A stretch of DNA of 64,000 nt from Candidatus Heimdallarchaeum endolithica (GTDB lineage: Archaea > Asgardarchaeota > Heimdallarchaeia > Heimdallarchaeales > Heimdallarchaeaceae): positions 1,888,001 through 1,952,000 of the forward strand of contig CP084167.1 in the NCBI GenBank assembly GCA_021513715.1, read 5' to 3'. Positions 19,450 to 27,670 of the stretch are shown here, piece by piece; within the stretch, counting starts at the first letter, position 1, and every line of letters begins with the position of its first letter. A program made the position numbers and the translations under genes. A model generated the notes under the pieces. It saw only the letters and a list, made by a program, of their open reading frames with translations, did not search any database and was not told where the DNA came from.

Positions 19450-20106
19450 TTACTCACTTTCCTCTATTTTTGTTTTTGTTTCCTCGAAGTAAGTCTGTAT
19501 TTCCTCTGGCTTTTTATTCACTTGAAGATATTTACCAAAGTACCTATTATACTTCTCTTTATCTTCTTTTGCCAAGAGTCTTCCGTAATTTGCTATATGC
19601 TCTCCTCTAATTCGCTCTTCATCTGGGATCATTTTTTCTCCATAAGGTATTTCTACTCCAGCATCGACTATTCCTTTCAACGCTGCAAATAACCTTGTTT
19701 TTGGTAATGCTTCCAAGGTTCCAATATCTAATATCGCTTCATCTATATCCGCTTTTAGCGCTTTTTTGCCTGCTAAAAATCCCGTTAGATAAGCTGCAGG
19801 CATATTGGATGTTGCTATGTCCCAACCGTATTGTGCTAAATCTTTTGATAACACTTGGGTGATTGTTTGGTCACCTCCTTGTTGGGATCGGATAAATTGA
19901 ATACGTAGAGCTTTATTAGAGGGGCGTATTGCAACACGAATCTTTCCTGATTTTAATAATCTTGTACGCTGCCCATAGTCTGTTTTTTGCTCTCTTCTTC
20001 GCCTGAAAGGCATCTTGTAGAGAGGACCATGCTTCTTTTGTGGTGGAGGACTTTTTCTCTTCCTATATCTCTTTCTTCGTTTCATTGCTTTTTTTGACAT
20101 TGACAT
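19450..20106 (-). CDS. rpl18: 50S ribosomal protein uL18 with basic N-terminal extension
   Basis: [28 protein letters not shown]. Confidence 0.95.
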   Translation of the reverse strand: MSMSKKAMKRRKRYRKRKSPPPQKKHGPLYKMPFRRRREQKTDYGQRTRLLKSGKIRVAIRPSNKALRIQFIRSQQGGDQTITQVLSKDLAQYGWDIATSNMPAAYLTGFLAGKKALKADIDEAILDIGTLEALPKTRLFAALKGIVDAGVEIPYGEKMIPDEERIRGEHIANYGRLLAKEDKEKYNRYFGKYLQVNKKPEEIQTYFEETKTKIEESE

Positions 20107-20120
20107 CTTTTAGTCACCTC

Positions 20121-20591
20121 TTATTTTAAGTCAGGAAGGCGTTTCTTGGCCAACCCATGTTCCTCAATGTATGTTCTAAGATATCGTACACTCCTAAATA
20201 AGCCACCTTTAGCTTGTAAATAGAGTTTCCTGTAAACAGATTTTTCTATATATCCTTCATTTCTCAGCTTAGCAAGGTATTTTCGTTGAGCTCGAATGTG
20301 ATTAATCCAACGTGTTTTTCTTGGAAGTCTAGAGTATTTTGGACCCTCTCTGCTTCCAGGACCTTTTCGTTGTCCTTTTCGTTTTTTAGCAGCATTTGCT
20401 CGAGCTCTACCTCTGCTTACGCCTTTCACTTTTCGTTTCTTTATGTCTCCAGTATCGATGTGCCCTCGAATATCTTCTCTTGTAATAGCTAATGAGAGAT
20501 CTTGTAGGCTGTCAGGATCAATCTTAACTCTATTTTTTCCAACCTTTAATATTTTGGCAGCAATTCTTCTTTGTGATTTTACATCAGTCAT
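20121..20591 (-). CDS. rpl19e: 50S ribosomal protein eL19
   Basis: QRRIAAKIL, AITREDIR, KGPGSREG, LYLQAKGG. Confidence 0.96.
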   Translation of the reverse strand: MTDVKSQRRIAAKILKVGKNRVKIDPDSLQDLSLAITREDIRGHIDTGDIKKRKVKGVSRGRARANAAKKRKGQRKGPGSREGPKYSRLPRKTRWINHIRAQRKYLAKLRNEGYIEKSVYRKLYLQAKGGLFRSVRYLRTYIEEHGLAKKRLPDLK

Positions 20592-20621
20592 TCTTTTTCA
20601 CGCCCATATTCGCACTATGTA

Positions 20622-21167
20622 TCATTCTGAAGATTCTTGTTCTGAATCTTCATTTTCTAAAGCTTCCTCAGGTTCTTCCTCAGGTTCTTCCTCAAAGTCT
20701 TCTTCAAATTCGAATTCGTCTTCACCTAGCAATTCATATTCTTCTGCTTCCTCACCAAATTCAGCTACTTCAACAGCCTTTACTGGTAAATTAAGCACTT
20801 TCATATGAAGATCTTCGGCGCGTTCAATAATTTGTTGTCTTTTTCTTGAACCTACTGTTCGTTGAATCATGACAGCATCTGTTTCTGGATCAAGTTCGTC
20901 CAATTGTGAAACATTGCTTACATAATTAACTGAATAACCTGAAGGATGCATACCACGAACTGCTTTAGGCCCTCTATAACCTACTCCAGCCATTTTTGGA
21001 TATCCTTTTATCTTTTTGCGCATTTTGTTGTCAATACCTTTTGGTCGACGCCAATTGCTTTTAAGACGTTTGTATCTCCAAGATTCTGGCCGAACGAAAT
21101 TGGGCCTTCTTGCATTTATTTTTTGCTTTATACGCAATAACCGTAATCGTTCTTTATTTTCTGTCAT
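20622..21167 (-). CDS. rpl32e: 50S ribosomal protein eL32 with acidic C-terminal tail
   Basis: WRRPKGIDNKMR, RGMHPSG. Confidence 0.95.
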   Translation of the reverse strand: MTENKERLRLLRIKQKINARRPNFVRPESWRYKRLKSNWRRPKGIDNKMRKKIKGYPKMAGVGYRGPKAVRGMHPSGYSVNYVSNVSQLDELDPETDAVMIQRTVGSRKRQQIIERAEDLHMKVLNLPVKAVEVAEFGEEAEEYELLGEDEFEFEEDFEEEPEEEPEEALENEDSEQESSE

Positions 21168-21410
21168 CGTCAATCAACTATTAACGTCAATAACGTGGTG
21201 TAAGTAAAATCTCCACTGTCCTTTTTTAATCATTATCATTGTTGTTTTTTTGCAACTAATTAGAAAAAAATTCATTTTGAGAGATTAGACAATAGTAGAA
21301 CGTTTTAATCGCAGAATTTGAAAATATAGACAAAAAACTTTAGCAGTATCAAATAACAAAAGTTTATACTATAATAAAATAAAATAAAATAAAAAAATGT
21401 GTATGAGAGA

Positions 21411-21968
21411 TTACTCTTTCTCGAAAACCCAAACTCCATCCATGAAAACTTCAGGATCTTTTTTTCTCTTTCCTCTTAACCTACATATCTCTTGCATATT
21501 TGCAACTGTTTGCCCTACTGCTTCTTTGTCTATTCCTGTTGTGATAACATCTTCTTTATCAACTGTAACTTTAGTATCATCGCCGACTATTTTTGCTTTT
21601 AGTAATTTTCTCCCACCATAGAGATTTTTTATTATCACTTCTCTTTTCTTATTATCTGGTTCTACAGTAATTGGAAAGTGAGAAAATACTATTTTAGATT
21701 TGTAAGTGAAACCTTTCTTTGTTCCTTCTATCATATTATTAAATAGTCCAACAGCAGAAAGAATCTTTGCTTTCTTTCTTCTGTTTAAGTTATATGCACT
21801 AAATTTCATTTTAGAGCCTTCTAGACTAATATAGGTTTCATCAAATCTCCTAAAATCTTTTGTCAATTTTCCTTTAGGGCCTTCTACAGTAATTATTTTT
21901 CCATTCAAAGTTACTTTTACGTCTTCAGGAATTTCTATTTCTCTTTCAATAAACACCGTTTTTGTCAT
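21411..21968 (-). CDS. rpl6: 50S ribosomal protein uL6
   Basis: VEGPKGKL, SHFPITV, KDPEVFMDGV. Confidence 0.95.
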   Translation of the reverse strand: MTKTVFIEREIEIPEDVKVTLNGKIITVEGPKGKLTKDFRRFDETYISLEGSKMKFSAYNLNRRKKAKILSAVGLFNNMIEGTKKGFTYKSKIVFSHFPITVEPDNKKREVIIKNLYGGRKLLKAKIVGDDTKVTVDKEDVITTGIDKEAVGQTVANMQEICRLRGKRKKDPEVFMDGVWVFEKE

Positions 21969-21978
21969 TTTATGTCAC

Positions 21979-22371
21979 CTAGTAGATATATGCTAACAAT
22001 CTCCCGCCTATTCCTTTTTCTTTTGCATCATCATGACTCATCACTCCTTCAGGAGTTGTAACAACGAGCACACCAAAGTTCCGTGCAGGCAAATATTTTT
22101 GCTCCCATTCTTCAAATTCGTCTTTTGCTACAGGATAACGAGGTTTTATTACTCCACATTTGTTAATTCTTCCCATTAACTGAACTTCAAATATTCCTCC
22201 CCGATGATCATTGATATACTCTAATTCACCTAGATAACCAGCTCTTTGTGCAGTTCTAAGGACATTTGCCACTAGCTTACTTGCGGGTTTGATAGATACT
22301 TTTTTCTTTCCGGTTCTTTCAGCATTCAAGATAGAATTAAGAGCATCTGCTAAAGGATCAACTTGTACCAT
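21979..22371 (-). CDS. rps8: 30S ribosomal protein uS8
   Basis: [26 protein letters not shown]. Confidence 0.96.
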   Translation of the reverse strand: MVQVDPLADALNSILNAERTGKKKVSIKPASKLVANVLRTAQRAGYLGELEYINDHRGGIFEVQLMGRINKCGVIKPRYPVAKDEFEEWEQKYLPARNFGVLVVTTPEGVMSHDDAKEKGIGGRLLAYIY

Positions 22372-22372
22372 T

Positions 22373-22540
22373 TTATCCACCTCTACTCCCGGTTTTCTTG
22401 AAACCAATTTTATCATATATTTCTCTAATACACCTTCTACAAATCATCAAGTCAGCTCTTCTAATTACTCCTTTATGTGTCCCACAACGTTGGCATTGAC
22501 GAGATCCTTTTCCATATTTTATTTCTCTTCTTTCTTGCAT
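22373..22540 (-). CDS. rps14: 30S ribosomal protein uS14 (55 aa, absent from the ORF track)
   Basis: Manual translation [20 protein letters not shown]...ICRRCIRE...[11 protein letters not shown]; Zn-finger; expected position between uL5 and uS8. Confidence 0.93.
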   Translation of the reverse strand: MQERREIKYGKGSRQCQRCGTHKGVIRRADLMICRRCIREIYDKIGFKKTGSRGG

Positions 22541-22545
22541 TTTTA

Positions 22546-23118
22546 TCACTTCACAATTTTAATATTAAACTCTTTAGAAGCGAATTCCATTGCTTCCTCT
22601 TTTGTAATCAGATGTTTTTTAGGTATTTTCTTTCTTTGATTTCTTCTGTATTTCAATCTGTAACCTGGTCGTTCTAGTTTCACAACAACGTTAAACCCTA
22701 TTGTTCCCAACATTGGATCAAAAGGTGCATCACGAATATCTACATGTTCAGTTATACCGAAACTAAAGTTACCTTGTTGATCAAATGCCTTCTGTTTTAT
22801 AATGTAGTCTTTTGCATATAAACATCTGTCTAACATTTCTTTTGCTTCTTCTCCCCGCAAAGTAACGATAGCTGCAATAGGCTCCCCTTTCCTTATTCCA
22901 AAGTCTCTGATACTTTTCTTTGCTGGTCTTTCGGAGGGAACTCGTCCTGTAATTTGAGATAATATGGTTTTAGCTCTCTCGAATCTTGGACCAGATTCAC
23001 CTACAGCAGCGTTCAATATTACTTCTTTCAAGTATGGCTTTCTCATGGGGTGTTTTTCCCATTCTTTTGAGTATTTTTCTTCGATTTCTATTTCTTCTAA
23101 AGGTTCTCCAAAAAGCAT
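22546..23118 (-). CDS. rpl5: 50S ribosomal protein uL5
   Basis: FGIRKGEPI, FDQQGNFSFGI, ERPGYR. Confidence 0.96.
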   Translation of the reverse strand: MLFGEPLEEIEIEEKYSKEWEKHPMRKPYLKEVILNAAVGESGPRFERAKTILSQITGRVPSERPAKKSIRDFGIRKGEPIAAIVTLRGEEAKEMLDRCLYAKDYIIKQKAFDQQGNFSFGITEHVDIRDAPFDPMLGTIGFNVVVKLERPGYRLKYRRNQRKKIPKKHLITKEEAMEFASKEFNIKIVK

Positions 23119-23876
23119 TAGTTATCCACCTCCGGTAAACCAACATCTTGATCTGGCGTATCTTTTCCGATAACAAAAATATAACGATACAAAGTTTCAA
23201 TTGTAGTTCCTGATGTAGTACGAATAGTAGCAGTTTTTGTTTTTGATGTACCATGAGTGCTAATATTTTCTATTATTCCATGTTGACCCATACCACGACC
23301 ACTGATAATTAAACCATAATTACCAACTTCTAAATCAAATTTGTCAAGTATTTTTTGCTCAGGTATAGATATTTTTACTGTTGCATGAGTTGTATATTCT
23401 GCTGCGATCTTATAATCATCTTCTGAAAGGATAATATTTCTACCATCATGAAGATTTAATTGCGTTTTTCCTCCTTTCAATGTGGTTTTATTTACAATTT
23501 GACAGAATTTCACTTTTGCTTTTTCTTCATCTATAGGTACAAGACGTAAACCAATTTTTGGTTTGTATAGCATTCTATAATGTTCGTTTATTTTAGGTAA
23601 ACTAAAAACATCCATGAAACCTACAGGATATTTTCTGTTGAGTCTTACACGTCCATCAACAAGAACATTACGTTCATAAATTATTTTTTTAACTTCACTG
23701 ATGTTTCGAGCATATTTTAAGAGATCTCTTAAAATTATCGCTGTGGGAATACAAACATCTGCTGCATGAGGGCCAGGAGATGGTCTAACTGAAAAAGTGT
23801 ATTCTTTTTTGTGTATGGGGTAATGCTCTGAAACCACCAATCTTTTCAAGTGTTTTTTACCGCCTGATTTTGTCAT
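23118..23876 (-). CDS. rps4e: 30S ribosomal protein eS4
   Basis: KKHLKRL, RPSPGPH, VDGRVR...PVGFMDV, QLNLHDGRN. Confidence 0.96.
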   Translation of the reverse strand: MTKSGGKKHLKRLVVSEHYPIHKKEYTFSVRPSPGPHAADVCIPTAIILRDLLKYARNISEVKKIIYERNVLVDGRVRLNRKYPVGFMDVFSLPKINEHYRMLYKPKIGLRLVPIDEEKAKVKFCQIVNKTTLKGGKTQLNLHDGRNIILSEDDYKIAAEYTTHATVKISIPEQKILDKFDLEVGNYGLIISGRGMGQHGIIENISTHGTSKTKTATIRTTSGTTIETLYRYIFVIGKDTPDQDVGLPEVDN

Positions 23877-24400
23877 TATTCATTCTCCTCCTCTGTAGAA
23901 TCTTCTTCAAGATCTTCTTCAAGATCTTCTTCGAAGTCTTCTTCGAAATCATAGCTTTCATCTAAAGTTTCTTCTACTTCTGTTTCTTCTTCAAATATGC
24001 TTTCTTCTAATTCTTCATCTGTCAATTCTTTGACTGAGAGTCTTTTCAACAATTCTTTCCTTTTTTTATCCTTCAAATTTAAACTTGTAATAATAATATT
24101 AGAAGGCTTTACTGGAAAAGATTTTATTGTTCCATCTGCTTTTTCCTTACTATGACCTTCAATGTGAATTGCATATTTCTGAGGAAGACATCGGATAACT
24201 TTTCCCTTTATCTCATCTTCTTCTCTAATAGCTTTAACTACAACAACTTTATCTCCTCGAACAACAGGAATTCTTTTTACACCATATTTTTCCTGTAATT
24301 CCTTGGAAAGTCTTGCAGTCATACCTTTCTTTCGTTGGTGCAAAGGACGATTGAAGTATCGTTTTCTTTGTTTACTGGGTTTAATTGTCTTTGTTTTCAT
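23876..24400 (-). CDS. rpl24: 50S ribosomal protein uL24 with acidic C-terminal tail
   Basis: PSKQRK, LSKELQEKYG..RIPVVRGDKV, PSNIII. Confidence 0.94.
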   Translation of the reverse strand: MKTKTIKPSKQRKRYFNRPLHQRKKGMTARLSKELQEKYGVKRIPVVRGDKVVVVKAIREEDEIKGKVIRCLPQKYAIHIEGHSKEKADGTIKSFPVKPSNIIITSLNLKDKKRKELLKRLSVKELTDEELEESIFEEETEVEETLDESYDFEEDFEEDLEEDLEEDSTEEENE

Positions 24401-24410
24401 CGTAAATCAC

Positions 24411-24827
24411 CTATACAATTATTGACGCTCTATGAGCGATCCTAGGCCAGTGTTCCGCTGCTTCCTTAGCGATAGGTCCACGAATTTCAGTACCTAGTGG
24501 ATCGCCTACTTCATTCGTCAAAACTATACCATTTTCTTCAAATTGTATCCATGTACCATCTGGTCTTCTGAAAGGAGCTCTCTGTCTAACAACAACAGCA
24601 TGATAAATTTGTTTCCTTCTTTTAGGAGAACCTTTTTTCACACTAACAATGCACATAGTTCCTACTGTTGCCCAAGGTATACGGTTTAATCTTCCTCTAT
24701 AACCTTTTACAGCAATAATTTCCACTTCTCTAGCTCCAGAATTATCAGCACATTTTACTCTACTACCAACAATAAGTGATGGTTTTCTTCTTTTTAATGG
24801 ACGTCCAACTGTCTTACGTTTTGCCAT
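24411..24827 (-). CDS. rpl14: 50S ribosomal protein uL14
   Basis: CADNSGA, AVVVRQR, GPIAKEAA. Confidence 0.96.
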   Translation of the reverse strand: MAKRKTVGRPLKRRKPSLIVGSRVKCADNSGAREVEIIAVKGYRGRLNRIPWATVGTMCIVSVKKGSPKRRKQIYHAVVVRQRAPFRRPDGTWIQFEENGIVLTNEVGDPLGTEIRGPIAKEAAEHWPRIAHRASIIV

Positions 24828-24838
24828 AATCACACACC

Positions 24839-25177
24839 TTAAGATGATTTAAGTTTTTCAATTACAACAAAAGACACAGTCTTAGAGAGAGGGCGACATT
24901 CTGCTGCACGTACTAAATCTCCTTCTTTTACATTAAGACAAGGAGGATTATGTGCACTTATTTTCCCATGTTCTCTCTGGTATCTCCTATATTTCTTAAC
25001 ATATCGTAAGAAATCTCTTCGAATAACAACAGTCCTTCGCATTTTATCAGATACAACACGTCCAATAAATATTCTTCCCCTCACTGGTAATTTCCCATGG
25101 AATGGACATCTAGGGTCATCACAAGTTGTAGTGGGGGGTTCTACATCAATTCCAATATTCCGTACTTTACTACTCAT
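24839..25177 (-). CDS. rps17: 30S ribosomal protein uS17
   Basis: CDDPRCPFHG, VVSDKM, ECRPLSKT; start at MSSK after a GGAG SD. Confidence 0.95.
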   Translation of the reverse strand: MSSKVRNIGIDVEPPTTTCDDPRCPFHGKLPVRGRIFIGRVVSDKMRRTVVIRRDFLRYVKKYRRYQREHGKISAHNPPCLNVKEGDLVRAAECRPLSKTVSFVVIEKLKSS

Positions 25178-25195
25178 ATGATCAACTCCAATAAG

Positions 25196-25251
25196 CGTCT
25201 TATACCCATGGTTTGAAACCAATTTTGGCTCTAGATAACTAGAGTAAGACG
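25196..25251 (-). promoter_or_regulatory. Putative three-way-junction RNA leader of rps17
   Basis: CGTCTTA/TAAGACG closing stem enclosing CTCTAG/CTAGAG and TGGTT/AACCA hairpins, just 5' of the SD. Confidence 0.45.
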
Positions 25252-25358
25252 TCATATTTTGCGTATATTTTACAATTAATTATGCTAATTACAGCCAAAA
25301 TTTTTCCTTTTTAATTGTTTTTATTGTTAAGATTTTTTAAACAAAAAAATAATTTTTT

Positions 25359-25652
25359 CTACCAAGAATATTTTTTTTTCTTCATCCTATCTTCAGGTTT
25401 TCCTAGAAGGTTTTCTCCATTGACTCTAACTGTTAATCCAGGTTCAATTGTAATTTTAAAGACAGAACCTTTTTTTGGAATAGTTCGAATCTTGTCTTGA
25501 GAAAGAACTTTTATCATATGTGCTGTTTCGTCGACGACAACACCACTAAGGTTTGAAAGTGATTCGATAGAACTTTTAACTATCTCAATATAATAACCGT
25601 GGATACCAACAGCAAGTTTTGCCCAGATGTACAATTTTTTATTAAAAATCAA
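25359..25652 (-). CDS. rnp1: RNase P protein Rpp29 (POP4)
   Basis: SGVVVDET, IPKKGSVF, G..L.GKPEDR; conserved position. Confidence 0.88.
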   Translation of the reverse strand: MIFNKKLYIWAKLAVGIHGYYIEIVKSSIESLSNLSGVVVDETAHMIKVLSQDKIRTIPKKGSVFKITIEPGLTVRVNGENLLGKPEDRMKKKKYSW

Positions 25653-25775
25653 ATCATCCCCATTAAATTTGAATCTATCTGCATAATTTATTAACCAGAT
25701 ACTACACTCAAAACGTCAATCAAGATAAATTAAAAACTTTGTTTTATAAAAGTGAGAGAAGAAATAAATAAAAAA

Positions 25776-25979
25776 TTAAAGTTCTCCTTCCTCTGTTAAT
25801 ATAGTTAAGATACGAGCAATTGTTCTTTTATATTCCTGAATTTGTCCTGGATTTTCAATGCTGCCTCCAGAAGCCAACTCAGATTTTACTTTGAAGAGCT
25901 TTTGTTTGTATTCCTCTAATTTTTTTAATTTTTGTTCTCTTGTTAATTTTCTTATTTCTGTAGGTTTAAGTTCACCCAT
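25776..25979 (-). CDS. rpl29: 50S ribosomal protein uL29
   Basis: ENPGQI..KRTIARILT. Confidence 0.94.
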   Translation of the reverse strand: MGELKPTEIRKLTREQKLKKLEEYKQKLFKVKSELASGGSIENPGQIQEYKRTIARILTILTEEGEL

Positions 25980-25992
25980 ATTTCACACCTTC

Positions 25993-26958
25993 TTAATTAC
26001 TTTTTTTATCAACAAATTTCAGGATTGTTTTTCGAGTATCTCCTTCAACAAATTTATGGATTTCTTCAAGAGACATATTCTCCATTAATGCTTTAGCTTC
26101 CTTGACAGTATAATCTGTTGATTTTTTAGTATCTTCAACTTCAGCTTTTTCTTTTTTGATGTCTTCAACTTCAGTTTCACTAATTTCTTCAAGTTCAGCC
26201 ATCTCATCTATTTCATCAATTTCATCTACATCAGTTTCTTCAAGTTCAGCCATCTCATCTAATTCTTCAATTTGTTCTAATTCTTCAGAAAATTCCTCGA
26301 TTTCAGTTTCACCAACAACTTCTTCTTCGCCAATAGATATTTCTTTTGTATCTCTCGCAGTTGGCTCTGCAATAATTTCAATATCATCTGGTAATATAGC
26401 GTCGGGTCGCATAATTCGTACTTTCACACCAATTTTTCCTCTTCTAATAATAGCTGTAGCCTTTCCTTCATCAACAAAATCTGTAGCTGGAGCACCACAT
26501 TTAGCAACAAAACCTGCTCGAAATGTCTCCACCCTAGCTCTTTGGCTAGTGATCTTTCCACTTATTATTACTTCAACACCCTTTGCTCCTGCACTTAATA
26601 TTCTGCGCATAATCCCATGAGCAGAACGTCGAAAATGTCTTCCTCTTTCTAAAGAAGAGGCTAACCTATAAGCCATAACTCTTGCATCGAGATCTGGATT
26701 CTCAACTTGTGATACTTCAATTTGAGGGTTATCTAACTTAAATTGTTCTCTTAATGTATTGGTAATTGTTCTAATGGTTTTTCCTCGACCACCAATGGCA
26801 AGTCCAACACGACCTGCTCTCAAAATGACCCTATCTCCCAGAGGAGTACGTCGAATTTCACACCCTCCATATTCTGCTGTTTTAAGCTTTTTGGCTAAAT
26901 ATTCATCAATAGCGTTTCTTTTAATTTTTCTTGCGATAAAATCTTTTGTTGCTGGCAT
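25993..26958 (-). CDS. rps3: 30S ribosomal protein uS3 with ~120-aa acidic C-terminal extension
   Basis: KH domain IGGRGKTI, LERGRHFRR, GAKGVEVIISGK. Confidence 0.95.
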   Translation of the reverse strand: MPATKDFIARKIKRNAIDEYLAKKLKTAEYGGCEIRRTPLGDRVILRAGRVGLAIGGRGKTIRTITNTLREQFKLDNPQIEVSQVENPDLDARVMAYRLASSLERGRHFRRSAHGIMRRILSAGAKGVEVIISGKITSQRARVETFRAGFVAKCGAPATDFVDEGKATAIIRRGKIGVKVRIMRPDAILPDDIEIIAEPTARDTKEISIGEEEVVGETEIEEFSEELEQIEELDEMAELEETDVDEIDEIDEMAELEEISETEVEDIKKEKAEVEDTKKSTDYTVKEAKALMENMSLEEIHKFVEGDTRKTILKFVDKKSN

Positions 26959-26974
26959 AACTTCACCTATAATA

Positions 26975-27436
26975 TTAATCCTCGATTTCTGCTACAAGTT
27001 CTATATGAACATATTGTCGAACTTTTGGAGTTGACCTTCCGTGAGCCCTATAAAAGTAACGAGCTTCTTTAGAACCTTTTAAAGAAACAGCGTGAATTAT
27101 CTTAGCTTTATCAACTTGAAGCTGATTAGCTTCTACGTTATTTTCCAAATTCTCAACAACTTTCAAGATTTCTTTGGCAGCTTTAACTGGGTAACGTCCT
27201 GCAGACCATCCTTGTAAGTCACTCTTATGTCCAACGTTTCTCTTATAGCGTCTGTATGGAACGCTTCGCTTCTTAGCGATGACGTCCTCAAGATATTCTT
27301 TACACTGATCAATCTTCATACCTTTAATTGCTCTAAGAATCTCTCTAGCAGCTTTTGGTGATATATCAATATCCCTAGCTGAAGCTTTTGCGCTACGATC
27401 AGGGTCAGTTATTATACTGTATTTATATGAAGGCAA
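26975..27436 (-). CDS. rpl22: 50S ribosomal protein uL22 (TTG start)
   Basis: ISPKAARE, GRYPVKAA, RAHGRSTP. Confidence 0.95.
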   Translation of the reverse strand: MPSYKYSIITDPDRSAKASARDIDISPKAAREILRAIKGMKIDQCKEYLEDVIAKKRSVPYRRYKRNVGHKSDLQGWSAGRYPVKAAKEILKVVENLENNVEANQLQVDKAKIIHAVSLKGSKEARYFYRAHGRSTPKVRQYVHIELVAEIED

Positions 27437-27467
27437 CTTAATATCTCCTTTTTAATTATCTCTCTAA

Positions 27468-27538
27468 AGTGTGTGGTGAGTGTCCAATTTTTAAGGTTTG
27501 TTTTTACTCACTTTAATTCAAAGTGACAACCACACACT
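27468..27538 (-). promoter_or_regulatory. Putative r-protein operon promoter flanked by a 10-bp inverted repeat
   Basis: AGTGTGTGGT (27468-77) and ACCACACACT (27529-38) around a minus-strand AAACCTTAAAAA TATA-like box. Confidence 0.45.
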
Positions 27539-27670
27539 GAACATTTTCAACTTTTAAAAAATGTTTAAAACAATTTGGTTTGTCGAGAAAAAAAATCGAA
27601 AAAAATTAATATAAACTAAAAGGATTTAACAGAAAATTTTGAATAAAAAGTGAAAAGAAAAGAAAAATTA

